DNA of 56,129 nt, counting the filler, from Hydrolagus colliei (Eukaryota), in assembly GCA_035084275.1 (NCBI GenBank). It is 4 parts of 4 records of this genome, joined end to end, with 100 filler letters (N's around TTAATTAATTAA, not from the genome) between each part and the next. Parts side by side here need not be neighbours in the genome. Positions count along the whole stretch, not along the records: positions 40,615 to 56,129 come from CM068756.1; 3 more parts are not named here. The stretch is one strand, 5' to 3'. The notes under the pieces were generated by a model. It saw only the letters and a list, made by a program, of their open reading frames with translations, ran no database searches and was not told where the DNA came from. This document shows positions 44,966 to 56,129 of the stretch, in pieces. A program made the translations under genes and the position numbers. Positions within the stretch are counted from its first letter, which is position 1. Each line of letters starts with the position of its first letter.

Positions 44966-47900
44966 CTGCGTGAAAGGGAATAAGAAAGAAATTAGCTTGA
45001 ACTCGCAGAAATTCTCTTCACTAAGCTGTCGAGAGTGCAATCAGCGAGCGCTCACCACACGTACAGATCTAAGAGCAGAAATTCCACTGGGTGTAGATTT
45101 ACTCTGCCGACCCAGCCCTTCAAAGCGTGCTGCTCTGGCAAATTACTGCGTTCAGTTTTGATTTTGAAGCCGACTTTCTGTAGCTCTTAGAAGCACTCAC
45201 AGAAAATTGGCTTCAAATTTAAAGTTAAACGGATTCCACTTGTGTTTAGATTTTAATAATAATAATAATCCTTGATTTGATATGGCGCTTTTTACATCTT
45301 CTGGTCGTCTCGAAGTGCTTCACAGAAAATACAGTAAAGTGTACATTTGTGAGCGAAACGCAGCAGCCAATTGCGCACAGCAGTGTCCCACAAACAGTCG
45401 GGGATTGAAGTGACCAATTTGTTATTGTTTTTTTGGGGGGTGGTGGGGGGGCATTATTGTGTGGAGTAAGGAAACTTGCCCAAGGTTTTGTCCAGCTGAA
45501 CCCAGGTCTCTCACTTGCATGGCGAGTGCTCTAACCACTGAGCTACAGGAATGAATGTTACGTCTAGTATAATAACAACTTGCATTAATATAGCTTCCCT
45601 GTGTCGAAGTCTGACAACAAGCCAGGGGGACAGGGGGTTACTGTAAGCACGATCAAACAGTAACGTGGTAACACACGGGTCTGTGAACTAAAAGTTTGGC
45701 TTCTTTGCTCACACAGACATGAGATCTGGGATCTGTCCCAAAGCGACTGATGTTTCGAAATGTTTGATCTGCTGACCGAATTGAGTCAAACTGGGCACGG
45801 TTGACCACAGAGACAGCAACTGGCCCTGTCACTAACCACCTCTCACCACACATCTCTAGCTCAACGCTTCGCAATCTCATCAATGATTTCAGGAATTCTG
45901 AAACACGCGGTTCTTTTTTGTTGGGGGGGGGTGTGTGGGGGGGGGAGAACCAGCCCACGCACAGCCACAAACAACCGGGTGGCATCCATTTGTGACGGGA
46001 GCCACTCAAACTTTGAGTGACCTTGAGCGACAACGTGGCAAGAAATTGCTTGCGATCCGTGGGAAGCCATAGGAAGGACTTAAGATATTGGAGGCCCATT
46101 TTGCGGCAGTATTAAAATGATACAGAACACTCTGACCTCGTTAAGTCAATAACCTTCGGTACAATCCCCTTTCGGGGCATTCAGCGGTTGTCTCTCTGCT
46201 GATGCAATTCTGAACATATCTTCAGATGAAGATATTGTCGCGTGATGCTGGTATCTCAGTTGATGCGAGCACAAAACAAAGAGATCATTGTATCAGTATG
46301 TAAGACCTGGGTGTGAGGGCTGATCTGTGGCTCATCAGCTCAGCACAAACAGCTCTCGATAATCCAATAGCGGATTCCATCGGAGTTTAACATGGGAGAA
46401 TATTCCAAATATTAAATTAGATCATGAAACACGAGGTCGCCCCTCTCACCCTCCCTCCCCTTTTGATCTGTCGTTAAGTGGAGAGGCGCTTTGATTCAAC
46501 AAGAGAGCTGCTCTCGGGTGTCTGTAAACCGAGATTCTTGCGGAAAGCTGGTTGGGATCAGAGTCAAACGAAGAGAAGCTTGATTTCAAGGCACAATGTC
46601 TCTACTTATGAACAGATGTTGTGGTAGAGAGCTGTGGTCTCTCTCCTCCACTCTGAAGGTTTTATAGGTCCCTGTGGGCCAGCTGTACAGAAAGAATGTA
46701 CCAATGTAGAGTAGAATCAGCAACTACATCCTTAACCTCTGGAGCTCCCTCCTTCTACCTCTCCATCTCGCAGCCCCCATCACTTTCTATCCATCCTTAA
46801 ATCCTACCTCTTCGACTGCACCTTCCCCCCTCCTGCCTTGCTCTGTGACTTTATGTGAAGAGCGCCCTCCACACACAAGCTGTGTAAACTTGCCTAAGGC
46901 TTCACTCTGCCCATGTTTTGCTTTGCTCCCCCCTCCCATGTTTTCCAAATGTCCCGATCACCACAAACCCCGAATGAGAACATTTTCTAATTCAGTAAAT
47001 GATTCACTGACCCAACAGTTTGTGAAACGCAAACAAACCCTCCCTCCACACATAAATAAACGCACCACACCACAGGAGCCTGTTACACTGAAATGCACAC
47101 TAAAGGCCGCTTGTTAATTTGGGAATTTTTGGGACTCAGTATTCCCGCTCCTGAGTAGCCTTGCATTAACAGACGTGTAGTATATCAACCCAGCCTTAAC
47201 CTCCAGCATTGCTCCTGGATTCGTTCATCTGATGCCCTTTATCTCCCCTCCGCCAGCCTCCCAACCTCCTCTATAAAAGTGCTTTGAGCTGTTACTTTCT
47301 CTGAAGGGTGCTGCGTCAATGGAAGCCATTGTTTCTTGTTCACTGATGACAAAGGTCAACCAACACACATCAGACATGCTCTCAGCACTCAGCCCACCAC
47401 ACAAAATAAGTTCCGCTTCCTATCGCTGTGAACCTTTGGCCAGAGAGTGTCTCGCATTGAAACACAGACCCTCGTTTCATTTCTTCATGGAGCCCAGAGT
47501 CACAGCATTGCTCTGATCCTGGGAAGTTACAGCTGATATTGAAAGGAATCTGGGTGCGTTTCCTTGTGATTCATTAGTAAGGCTAAATTAGCGTTTGATC
47601 ACGTCACTGTGGGCGCGTCAAAGCGCTTCACGGGATATACTGTAAAACGGATTGACTGTGGGCAGTTTGCGCACAGCAGCGTAACACAAACACTCCACTG
47701 GTCATGGAGAGAGTGACCAATTTTATTTGTGGGATTGTTAGCCAGGACACAGAGAGAAACTCCCTTTTCTTTTTGAACAGTGGCAAGGTATCTTTAACAT
47801 CCACATGAACAGGCCAGGCGAGGTGAGAGTGCTAGCACTGAGCCAGGCTGACGCAGGGAACATATTGAGAAACTCCGCGGATATTACCATTGTCCGTTCT

Positions 47901-50900
47901 ACCCAAGTCAAGCCCGAATTCCTGCACTCGTATCAACTAAACAGGCTGCCGTGAGGGACGGAGTGAGAGGGAAAAAAATTATTTACCTGAGAGGATGAGG
48001 CTTATGTCTGGCCTGGCTTGTAGGGCGCGTTTAGCTGCTAACGGTTGGTGAGCCAGCAACACGATGGCATCCGCGGGACCACAGCCGTCCAGAGCTTTCT
48101 CCAGGTCCATCCCGTGGCCAGGATACCTGCACAGCAGAGACAACGGGTCAGGCAGTGACCAACAATGACATCACTCAGTTTGTTCAGCTGTAAACTTTGG
48201 TTTGCTTTCCCTACACATCAGGTCCCCGATATAACATGGCGGGCAATAATTTAGCCACGCAGTCAAAGTACCTACACCATAAACAGACCCAGGTTGCACC
48301 AGAGGGTAACACAATGGGCCCCCAGATTGCGTTGGTCTCCTTCCATTCCCAACCCTCCCTGACATTTTCTCATCTCCTGTGCTGACTAGTCCCGGGGAAT
48401 GTATTCATCTGCGCGGAACCCCCTTCCCCCCACACCGCCGCTTCCCACCGCATGCGGAAATCAAATAGTGAACGCTACCAGGCTGTGTCAATGGGGGCGG
48501 GGGGGGGGGGGGGGGGGCAAGAGTGAGAAGAGGACTGCTACAGTATCACAGCCAAATCAACATTTAATGGAGAGTGATGATAATAATCCTTGTATTCGAT
48601 ATAGCGCTTTTCACGTCTCAAAAGCGCTTCCACAGAGTGTACTGTAAAGTGAACTGACTGTATATTTACATGAAGCCAAGCTTCGGAGCAACAGATCGCA
48701 ATGAACCGGGCTGGAACAGTAAAGGCCAGGCTTACCCCAGAAGGGAACCCACAAAGAGTCCAGATTTGCTAAACCCCGAGTGATAATAGTAACACTGTTA
48801 TACTATTATAGTAATAATACTATTATTAATAATAAATAATAATCCTTGCATTTGGTTTAGCTGTTGAGAGGCCTCAAAAGCACTTCACGGATATATTACA
48901 AAGTGCACTGACTGTGTTTTGTGGGCGGAGCGCGGCAGCCAATTGCGCACAGCGCTGTCCCACAGTCTCCCAGTGACTGCGCTGAGCTTCAGCGAACAAG
49001 CCTCTGATTGTTATTTTGGGGGAGAAACATTCCCGGTGTGACTTCCTGAATGTGATGTGTTGAATGGCCGGGCCTCCAGCGTGTTGAAACAGTGGAGTTG
49101 CCGTGTGCCTGGGAGGCGGGCGCTGACTTCACTGTGTTTGACATTCCCGGAAAAAGCTTCTGCGTTCGAGTCTATACAACACATTCCACACCAGAGCGCT
49201 GGGCATGGCACCAGCTCAGAGCCCCAGATTCCGCCTGGTCTGAGCCTATGAGACTATTTGGTCTTAAAATTCAAGCCCACAGAATTGTGGAACGTTCTCA
49301 GGTCCGCTCTTAATGTGGGGGAAGGTTCTTCAAAGTCGCCACTCACTTTGTGGCTCTTCGTGGGACGTTGCTGTGTGCAAATCGGCTAACGCGTTCGCTC
49401 ACAGAATACACAGTCACTACAGGTCAGTATATTATTATTATTCTTCAAAAGAACCTGCTTCAAATTGAGACTGAATTCAAGTTCTCCACACTTCAGACCC
49501 AGCTTATATTTCAAGCCGCAAATAATAATAAAAAAAACCTTTCATACACGTTGTCCAAGATGTTTAAAAGTGCTTCCCTGTAAAGTGGAGTGACCATGCA
49601 TTTGTAGGCAAACACAGTCACAAATGTGTGCGCAGCAATGTCCGCCCAACAGCCATAAATTGTACAAGCAATTTTATCTGGGGAATAAAATAAGCCAGGG
49701 CACCAGGCGGTACTTTCCTTCTCACTTTTCAACACTAATGGGATCAATAATATCCACCTGAACAGACACGCATGACCTCGGTTTAATATCTCATCCAAAA
49801 GGACAGCACCTCCAACACCCCAGCGCCCCCCCCCCCCCCCCACCCACACCCCCGGACAGTACTGGGAGTGTCCGCGTACACTGGGTGAGTTCCACCTTCT
49901 GACCGGGGGCTCGAACCCACAACCTTCTGACTCGGAAGCAAGATTGCTACTCACCGCAGCATCTCGGCTTCGATATCATCCACCCCGGCCAAACAGAACC
50001 GATCCCCGGGGACCCCCGGGCTGGGGATGTTGACGTGCTCGTTGTGCAGTGGCTGGATGCCTAAGGACTTCAGGTGCTTGAACCAGTTGTTGACATCGCC
50101 GCTATAATAGTCATGGTTGCCTGAAAGCCACATTGAGAGTAACCACACACATCGACATTGCCCGCTCACTGCCTCCGCACTCCCTCTCTGCCTCAAACAT
50201 CACGGGATCGCAAGGGACATTCCCTTCGGCCTACCTGACACACCAACATTCATCACTGTGGCATATTAACTTTAACAACATAAGTGGTAATTAAGTTTGG
50301 TGTGTTGCCTATTAGAGTTAACAACATAAGTGGCATGGGACAGGTATATAAGGATTCTAGAGAATAATGACTGGAGAGAGAGAGTGCGAGTGAAAGAAGA
50401 TATTGGAAAGAAGATGGATTGTAGGGTTGCAATAAAGATCGGATTGAATCAACATTGTGTATTGTGGATTAAAGAACATTACAACTACCTCTCAGCCGCA
50501 AAAGGCCATTTTTCTCTTAAAATGCTGAATCGCAGAAAATTCTTAAGTACAATTTGGAAGCCGGTTTTCCACAGATCTTAAAAAAGAATTGGTTCACAAA
50601 CCAAGCCCGAATGTTAGAATTTTCTGTGATCTTATCGAGACTTAAAATTCCATCTGAGTTCAGATCTACTCAATTCACGTAATGTTCCTTTTAAGCGCTA
50701 CTGTAAACCAACTTCAAAGTCAAGATTGCATTCAACAATTTGGCAAACTCTGGGCGTCTAAAATGCTTTGATAATAGAGTCAACCTAGATCCAGGTGGAA
50801 TTTTATCTCATGGGCAGCATTTCAGGCTTCAGATCTCATCCATATGGAATACCTTATCCTACTGACCAGTCTTTCCTCCGGCAACATTTTTAAATGAATC

Positions 50901-53900
50901 AATGAGTCCAGGATCCTGGTCCCAAGCACCTGGTTACAAGCATTCCTTCCACTCTTTGTGACGAAATAGCCCTCAATACCTGTCCTCAACATGCCCTGAC
51001 CTTGTCACCAAGCCTCAGTCTGAGCCCTCAGGCCGTGCTGCCTTGGCGTGACTGAAAACAAACAACTAAATGGGAACGCTGATTTCAGTTAACGCAATCC
51101 CTCCCTGCAGTACAACTCGTTTTAACATCTATTAAAAGATGTTATTTTCTCCCGACATGGCGCCCTGCCAGATCTCTAACTCCCCCTCCCCAACCTCCCC
51201 CATTAACAGGCAGATTTGTAATTAAAGCGAAGGACGTTTCTTTAGCGTGAAGTGCAAATTAAGCTTCGTGTCAATTTCCCTGAAGTCTAGAATCAATCCA
51301 CCAGCTCTGTGTCACAGCTGCACCCAGGAAGAGAAAGGTTGCAAATCAGCTGATTTCCAGAGTATGAAATTGTTTGTAATGTTTACAGGAAATCGTTGTA
51401 GCAGCTCTATAATCCCGTTTCCAGCCAACGACTAGAGATCAAAGCGATGGCTTGCCTTGTGTATGCGTGGGTGCGGTGGGGTGGGGGGGGAGAGACAGTG
51501 TGGACCTGGCGCACGTACAGTAAACATGATGTCTATAATTTCTTAGCTTTCCTCATGGCAGCTGTGTATATTTCACAAGAGTCAGTGAGTTGAACAGGAT
51601 GTCAACACCATTGTAGCTTTGTCACAGAGACTTAAGCATTCTATGCCCTGGACCAAGTCCAAAACCCTCCCCGTCAGCTAGGAAGGATTCCAACACCAGG
51701 GGCATCTATTAAACAGACAAAACGTTACCTGTTACAAAGTACGTCCCCACTCTGGGCTTCAGTTCCCTCAGTGGCTCGGTGGCTGTTTGCAGGTTGACTA
51801 CCTGAGAGTCAGTGAGGTCACCAACAATCACAGTAATGTCTGAAAATCACATACCAAAATATAGTCAATCCACTTTAGAATATATGCAGTGAAGCACTTT
51901 GAGACGCCTCAATGACGTGATAAGGCGGTAAATGAAAGGCAAGATTATTATTATTAAACCTGCCTGTGAATGTGTGAAATCCGTAATCTATATTGCAACA
52001 TTACAGGTTACTGACACAAATACAATACGAGTTAGTGACACTAATACAATGGTTTAAAAGGCAGATTTGTTGGTGATTGTTGGATTAAATGACAGATGAG
52101 GGTCTAATTGTGCCGTACATTACTAAGGTTCAATGTAGAACCAAATCTTTAATTATAGACTCTTATCTGAAACGTTCCTGGTCCCATTTCATCTTTCGTG
52201 AACTGTTGCAAGCCTGAGAAAAATAATTAATTGTAGAATTTCTCTTGTATATTATTACATTCTGCGATTATTTCTGTAACCCATTGTACGCATTCATGCT
52301 CCAGCGTTGTTTCACACCGAATTGTACAGTGAAGTGAATCAGATCATAAATGTAAGGGAAAATCATTTTCAGATTCAAACATCGCACATTGCTCAAACGT
52401 TACAATGACTGTGCAGCGACATAAATTCCTGATAAGCTTGTCACTGCTACTTAAGTGATCATGCTGTCTGATGTGCAGCTCAAGATAACTTGCGACTGAG
52501 CCCTTATTATATTATTATAGATTTATATTATTGTACATTTATATGATTTCCCTTTGAGAGACGAGTTGTCAGCAGTTTACTCTAATAATCCTGACATTTT
52601 GTTACCGGAGGACATCTCAAATCACTTCACGGCAGATAGTGTGGCAAGCGTGGTGATTGTAAGTTTTGTTTGGCTAAGGCAAACCCAACGAATTTAATGA
52701 GTATTGTCGCCATGGTGACAGAGGGAAGCAGCAGCAGCAACAACAACAACAGCTTGCATTTATATAGCGCCCTTCATGAGAGATAGCGTCCCCTAGCGCT
52801 CGACAGTGCCAGTGGGAGAGGATGCGTATTTGCTTCCTACCATCCTCTTTTACAACATACTGATCCAGATGTGCTTATAAACAGAAAGAATAATAAATCT
52901 TACAATTAATGAAGCATCTCAAAACGCTTTACAAGTAATAGCAGAATTGCACAGACTGTAGTGTATTCACAGGCTTGAGAAACTTCAATGCTCTGACCAA
53001 CGTTCCCAGCTCATCATATCCAGTGGCTAATGAAGTACTCGTATTGTTATGTGTTTCCTTGAACCCTAAGTTAACATCGCACTCGAGAACGTAAAACACT
53101 CGACTGGGAGGAATGCTCAGTCAGAGCCAGGAGTTTATGAATGGCATCAAGATGGAACAGTGAGTCAATATCGTTCATAACATCTGTCACTGCCTTTTTG
53201 GACATCTCTGCCCTCATCATCCCATTCAGCTCCTACCCGCGGCTTGGGGGCCCAGCCAGCAGCATCGAGAGCTTTGAGACGTCCGCCTGACGTGAAAGGA
53301 TTCATTTCCTTGTAAATGTTTTGTACTCGGTTCAAACCAATACTCACAACCTGAAAGGTGAATCCATTTCCTCTATCGGCTGCTAGGCTTACTGTTATTG
53401 TCCAGTCTTTATGGCGTCTTGTATCATTTAGCAAACCTTACAAACTCATCTTGTTTTGATCAGCCGAGCGTCCGACACGTGCGGAAACCTATCCCCATGT
53501 TTAAGAGTTTCCAAACCAAACTGAGATCCATACATCCCACCTACTGCTAACATTCCCATCAGCTGGTAGTCCCTGGCTTGGCTGGGGGGACATTGACTTG
53601 TTTCGTTCTTTACGGTTTGCTCCATGTCCCCCGCCTTACCCGCCCTACCATCGGGGGCTTTCACCCTCTCTGCCCTCACACTCTGGAATTCCATCCCACT
53701 GTCCCTTTGCCTCCCTCCTTCCCTCCCTCGCCTCCAAGACCCTCCCCTTCGACCGTGCCTTCTGCCGCCCTCCCAACTCTCTCCTGTCCCTCTCCCTTGC
53801 TCGGGTCCCAACCTGACCATTCAGCGTCTTGGGACGTCCTCCCGACGTGAAATGCGCTGTATAAAGGCAATTTTGTTGTTGTTGTTGCTTATCGTGGAGG

Positions 53901-54660
53901 TGGGGGGGGTAAGATTAAGAATTAATAGTGAAGTGACTGAAAGCAACCAACCTGGGTTTAGGCCATTAACCATCCCCACAACCATCTCCAGCCTGGTCTT
54001 TCCTACTGTAGGGCCCAGGTGAATATCAGACAGTAAAACCAACTTCAGGTTGTTGAATGACCCGGGCAACTTGTGAATGGGGATTTCCACCCGTTTGATC
54101 AGAGGAGGCTGCAGAGCATTGAGCAGCCCGAAGATGGTGCAGCCCACAGTGAACACGAGGGCCAGGGAAAGTTTGACAAGGTGCCGGTTTGGGTGGGAAG
54201 ATGCCAACCACGTGAATCGGGTGAGTTTCTGGGCCTGTTCCACAAGCCCCAACACGAACAGGCTGAATATCAGGAAGACGTACATCCCCAGGCAGGTGTA
54301 GGAGAGCAGAGAGAAGACATGGGGCTCCTCGGAGACCAGGAAGAGCAGAGTGAGGAAGCTGACATGAGCCAGGAACAGAAAAGCGGTGACCACGCTCTTC
54401 CAGGCCACGAAACACCGGGAAGCGGCGGCAGAAACGCCGCACGAGCCGTGCACGTTAGCCACGGTCCTCTTCCAGATGTACCGGGTCCCGATGGACATGA
54501 GGGCGGTGACGAAGATCAAAAACTGCGCCCGGAACACCCTGAGCCGGGTGGTTTGGTCGAAGAAATCCGCCAGAGTCCGGCACACGATCATAGAGCAAAA
54601 TACAGCAGCGGCGGCCAGGGACACTCGGATCTCCCAGGACAGCCTGTTAAACGTGGACAT
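44775..54660 (-). CDS. TMPPE: Transmembrane protein with metallophosphoesterase domain; complete, 5 coding exons, 438 aa
   Basis: Exons 54660-53952 (709 nt), 51839-51729 (111), 50120-49955 (166), 48126-47987 (140) and 44965-44775 (191). All introns are GT-AG and the phases are consistent; total 1317 nt. N-terminal hydrophobic helices are followed by the calcineurin-like motifs DIHLG, VGDLTD, GNHD, LLAHQP and GHTHAGQ, and the C-terminal [14 protein letters not shown] matches vertebrate TMPPE. Confidence 0.95.
45260..45550 (-). mobile_element. tRNA-derived Deu-domain SINE in TMPPE intron 4
   Basis: Head, core and tail intact. Confidence 0.8.
47987..48126 (-). CDS. TMPPE: TMPPE coding exon 4 ([47 protein letters not shown])
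   Basis: Acceptor ctgtgcag, donor gtaaat; phase 2 to phase 1. Confidence 0.92.
49515..49954 (-). mobile_element. Older SacSINE1-like Deu SINE starting at the TMPPE intron 3 donor
   Basis: GTGAGTAGCAATCTTGCTTCCGAGTCAGAAGGTTGTGGGTTCGAGCCC head, GGATGAGATATTAAACCGAGG middle, degenerate Deu core and tail. Confidence 0.75.
49955..50120 (-). CDS. TMPPE: TMPPE coding exon 3 ([14 protein letters not shown]...DDIEAEMLR)
   Basis: Acceptor ctttcag, donor gtgagt; inside ORF 49951..50196. Confidence 0.93.
51729..51839 (-). CDS. TMPPE: TMPPE coding exon 2 ([38 protein letters not shown])
   Basis: Acceptor ttttcag, donor gtaacg; phase 1 to phase 1; missed by the ORF track. Confidence 0.92.
53600..53890 (+). 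mobile_element. L2 3' fragment in TMPPE intron 1
   Basis: ...TCAGCGTCTTGGGACGTCCTCCCGACGTGAAATGCGCTGTATAAAGGCAA(TTG)n tail. Confidence 0.7.
53952..54660 (-). CDS. TMPPE: TMPPE coding exon 1 (TM region to DIHLGPTVG...LNP)
   Basis: ORF 53821..54660 up to donor CCAG|gttggt at 53951. Confidence 0.93.
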
Positions 54661-54715
54661 GTTTATAGCCCCTGGTCTCTCGGTGTCTCCTCCCCCCCCT
54701 CCCTCCCTGCCCTGA

Positions 54716-54900
54716 TGTGCTGGGAGCTGCTGACAGGAGAGTCGCCGCCAGGGGAATGAGAGGAACGCCGGCCGCTACTTCCGGGGTGGGCGGGGCTCAC
54801 CTTTGTTACACCATGTATCCGAAATGGAACGTGGCCCGGAGCCGCCGCACGCGCTCAACTGACACTCCCCGAGACACGCGCACACTCCTATACACACTCT
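54716..54900 (-). promoter_or_regulatory. TMPPE CpG-rich promoter, 5' non-coding exon and first intron
   Basis: Donor AAAG|GTGAGC at 54800; GC box GGGCGGGG and ETS core CCGGAAGT near 54775-54795; CpG-rich; candidate acceptors near 54725. The TSS cannot be determined. Confidence 0.55.
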
Positions 54901-55784
54901 CCAAACAACACACCCCTACATACTCACACCAACACACACACACTCCCCAACACACACTCCTATACACATACACACATTCACTCACATACACACACCAGCA
55001 CACATTCACTCACACACCACAAAAATTACTTACACTTGTATAGAGCCTTTCACGTCTGGAGGACGTTCCATGACACTGGACAGTCACTGCTTCAGACCCG
55101 AGCTGAGGACGGGGTGGGGAGGGGAGGATTAGGAGTTGCCGATGGGGCCATTGAAATGGAGAGTCTTGAAGTGAGACTTATAGGAGGCCAGGGAGGGGGC
55201 GAGGCGGAGGGACTGAGGGATGGAGTTCCGGAGGTTGGGGGACAGAGAGGCTGAAGGCTCGCCCGCCAATGGTGGGGCAGGTGGATAGGCGGACGTGGAG
55301 CAGGCCAGAGCCCGCTGACACACACTCACTCAACACGCACAAGAGAGTCACCTCCCCCCCCCCCCCCCACCCATACTTTACAATACTGTTGTCCACAATA
55401 CTATGAGACTACTCCACGTTATATTTCCCTCAAAAAAACCAACAGTAAATCGGTCATTTCCGATCCACGACTGTTTGTGAGAGACCCCGCCGGGCGCACA
55501 ATGTACAGACAATTCCATTTCAGCGCCGAGGGGCGTCCCAACGCGACGGGCACCGAACAAGCGCCATTTTATTGTCGTCGTCGTGGTTTACGGTACAGTT
55601 TGTGAAGAGCGCGAGACGGTCTAGAGCGACAACGAGATTACGCTCGTACAGAGCGCCGTTCACGTCAAGACAGTCACTGTGTCGGACCCGGGCTGAGGAC
55701 GGGGTGGGGGAGGGGGGGGGGGGAGGGGGGGGGGGGGTTTAGGGGGGGATTAGGAGCTGCTGATGGACGGGACCATCAAAGAGG

Positions 55785-55789
55785 AAAAA
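55785..55789 (-). terminator. Pol III oligo-T terminator of tRNA-Asp
   Basis: T5 run 9 nt downstream of the tRNA 3' end on the minus strand. Confidence 0.7.
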
Positions 55790-55798
55790 TTTGTTGAT

Positions 55799-55870
55799 CT
55801 CCCCGGCGGGGAATTGAACCCCGGTCTCCCGCGTGACAGGCGGGGATACTAACCACTATACTACCGAGGA
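55799..55870 (-). tRNA. tRNA-Asp-GTC: tRNA-Asp (anticodon GTC), 72 nt
   Basis: TCCTCGGTAGTATAGTGGTTAGTATCCCCGCCTGTCACGCGGGAGACCGGGGTTCAATTCCCCGCCGGGGAG: all stems pair, A and B boxes intact, G73 discriminator. Confidence 0.95.
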
Positions 55871-56129
55871 CCACATGATAAACACTACATCAAATGCAAG
55901 GATTACTATTATTATTATGACATGAAAAGTACAAGGGGGGGGGGGGGGAGCTGCCGGGAGTTGGGAGTCCAGCCCTTGTATTTCAAGATACAAACAAGGA
56001 ATGATGTTCTTTATATTAATACGTTCATGTTCTTCATGTTAACAATAATCCTCACAAGTAATTATTAGCCTCACACTGTGTATACGCTGCAAAGTCACAG
56101 TGTGAAGTCGCAGGCGAACATGGCCGTTT

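Noticed and set aside
52706-52719. GTCGCCATGGTGAC RFX X-box-like palindrome in TMPPE intron 1
   Set aside because: Both half-sites deviate from GTTGCC/GGCAAC and it is far from the promoter; insufficient support.
17262-56103. CACAGTG/CACTGTG heptamers as V(D)J recombination signals (about 17262, 25456, 41846, 56097)
   Set aside because: None of those I checked has an ACAAAAACC-like nonamer at 12 or 23 bp spacing.

Overview
Vertebrate genomic scaffold, not prokaryotic. The repeat set (Deu-domain tRNA-SINEs, L2 and CR1 LINEs, a shark-type Penelope element) points to a cartilaginous fish, possibly a chimaera; the taxon is an inference. Four assembly gaps split the window: 14683-14782, 38231-38330 and 40515-40614 are 100-bp placeholders holding an artificial TTAATTAATTAA linker, and 42452-42688 is a plain N run. 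(1) 1-14682 is AT-rich non-coding DNA with SINEs, LINEs, MITEs, a Penelope fragment and a perfect estrogen response element. (2) 14783-16013 is the 5' end of an endogenous retrovirus (LTR, tRNA-Gln PBS, gag start). (3) 16014-23236 and 28491-35626 are a near-identical duplication, each carrying leader, IgV, IgC and TM exons of a butyrophilin-like gene. Only the second copy continues into 27-nt cytoplasmic exons; the first looks tail-less. (4) A solo LTR lies at 39824-40501. (5) The promoter and exons 1-2 of a TGM2-type transglutaminase are on the minus strand. (6) A complete five-coding-exon TMPPE gene (438 aa) is on the minus strand. (7) A tRNA-Asp(GTC) gene lies about 1 kb upstream of TMPPE. 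The best leads are the tailed/tail-less butyrophilin pair, the intron-containing TMPPE with a SINE starting exactly at a splice donor, and an empty 4-bp duplication at the ERV-equivalent site in copy 2. All alignments were done by eye, and repeat boundaries are approximate.
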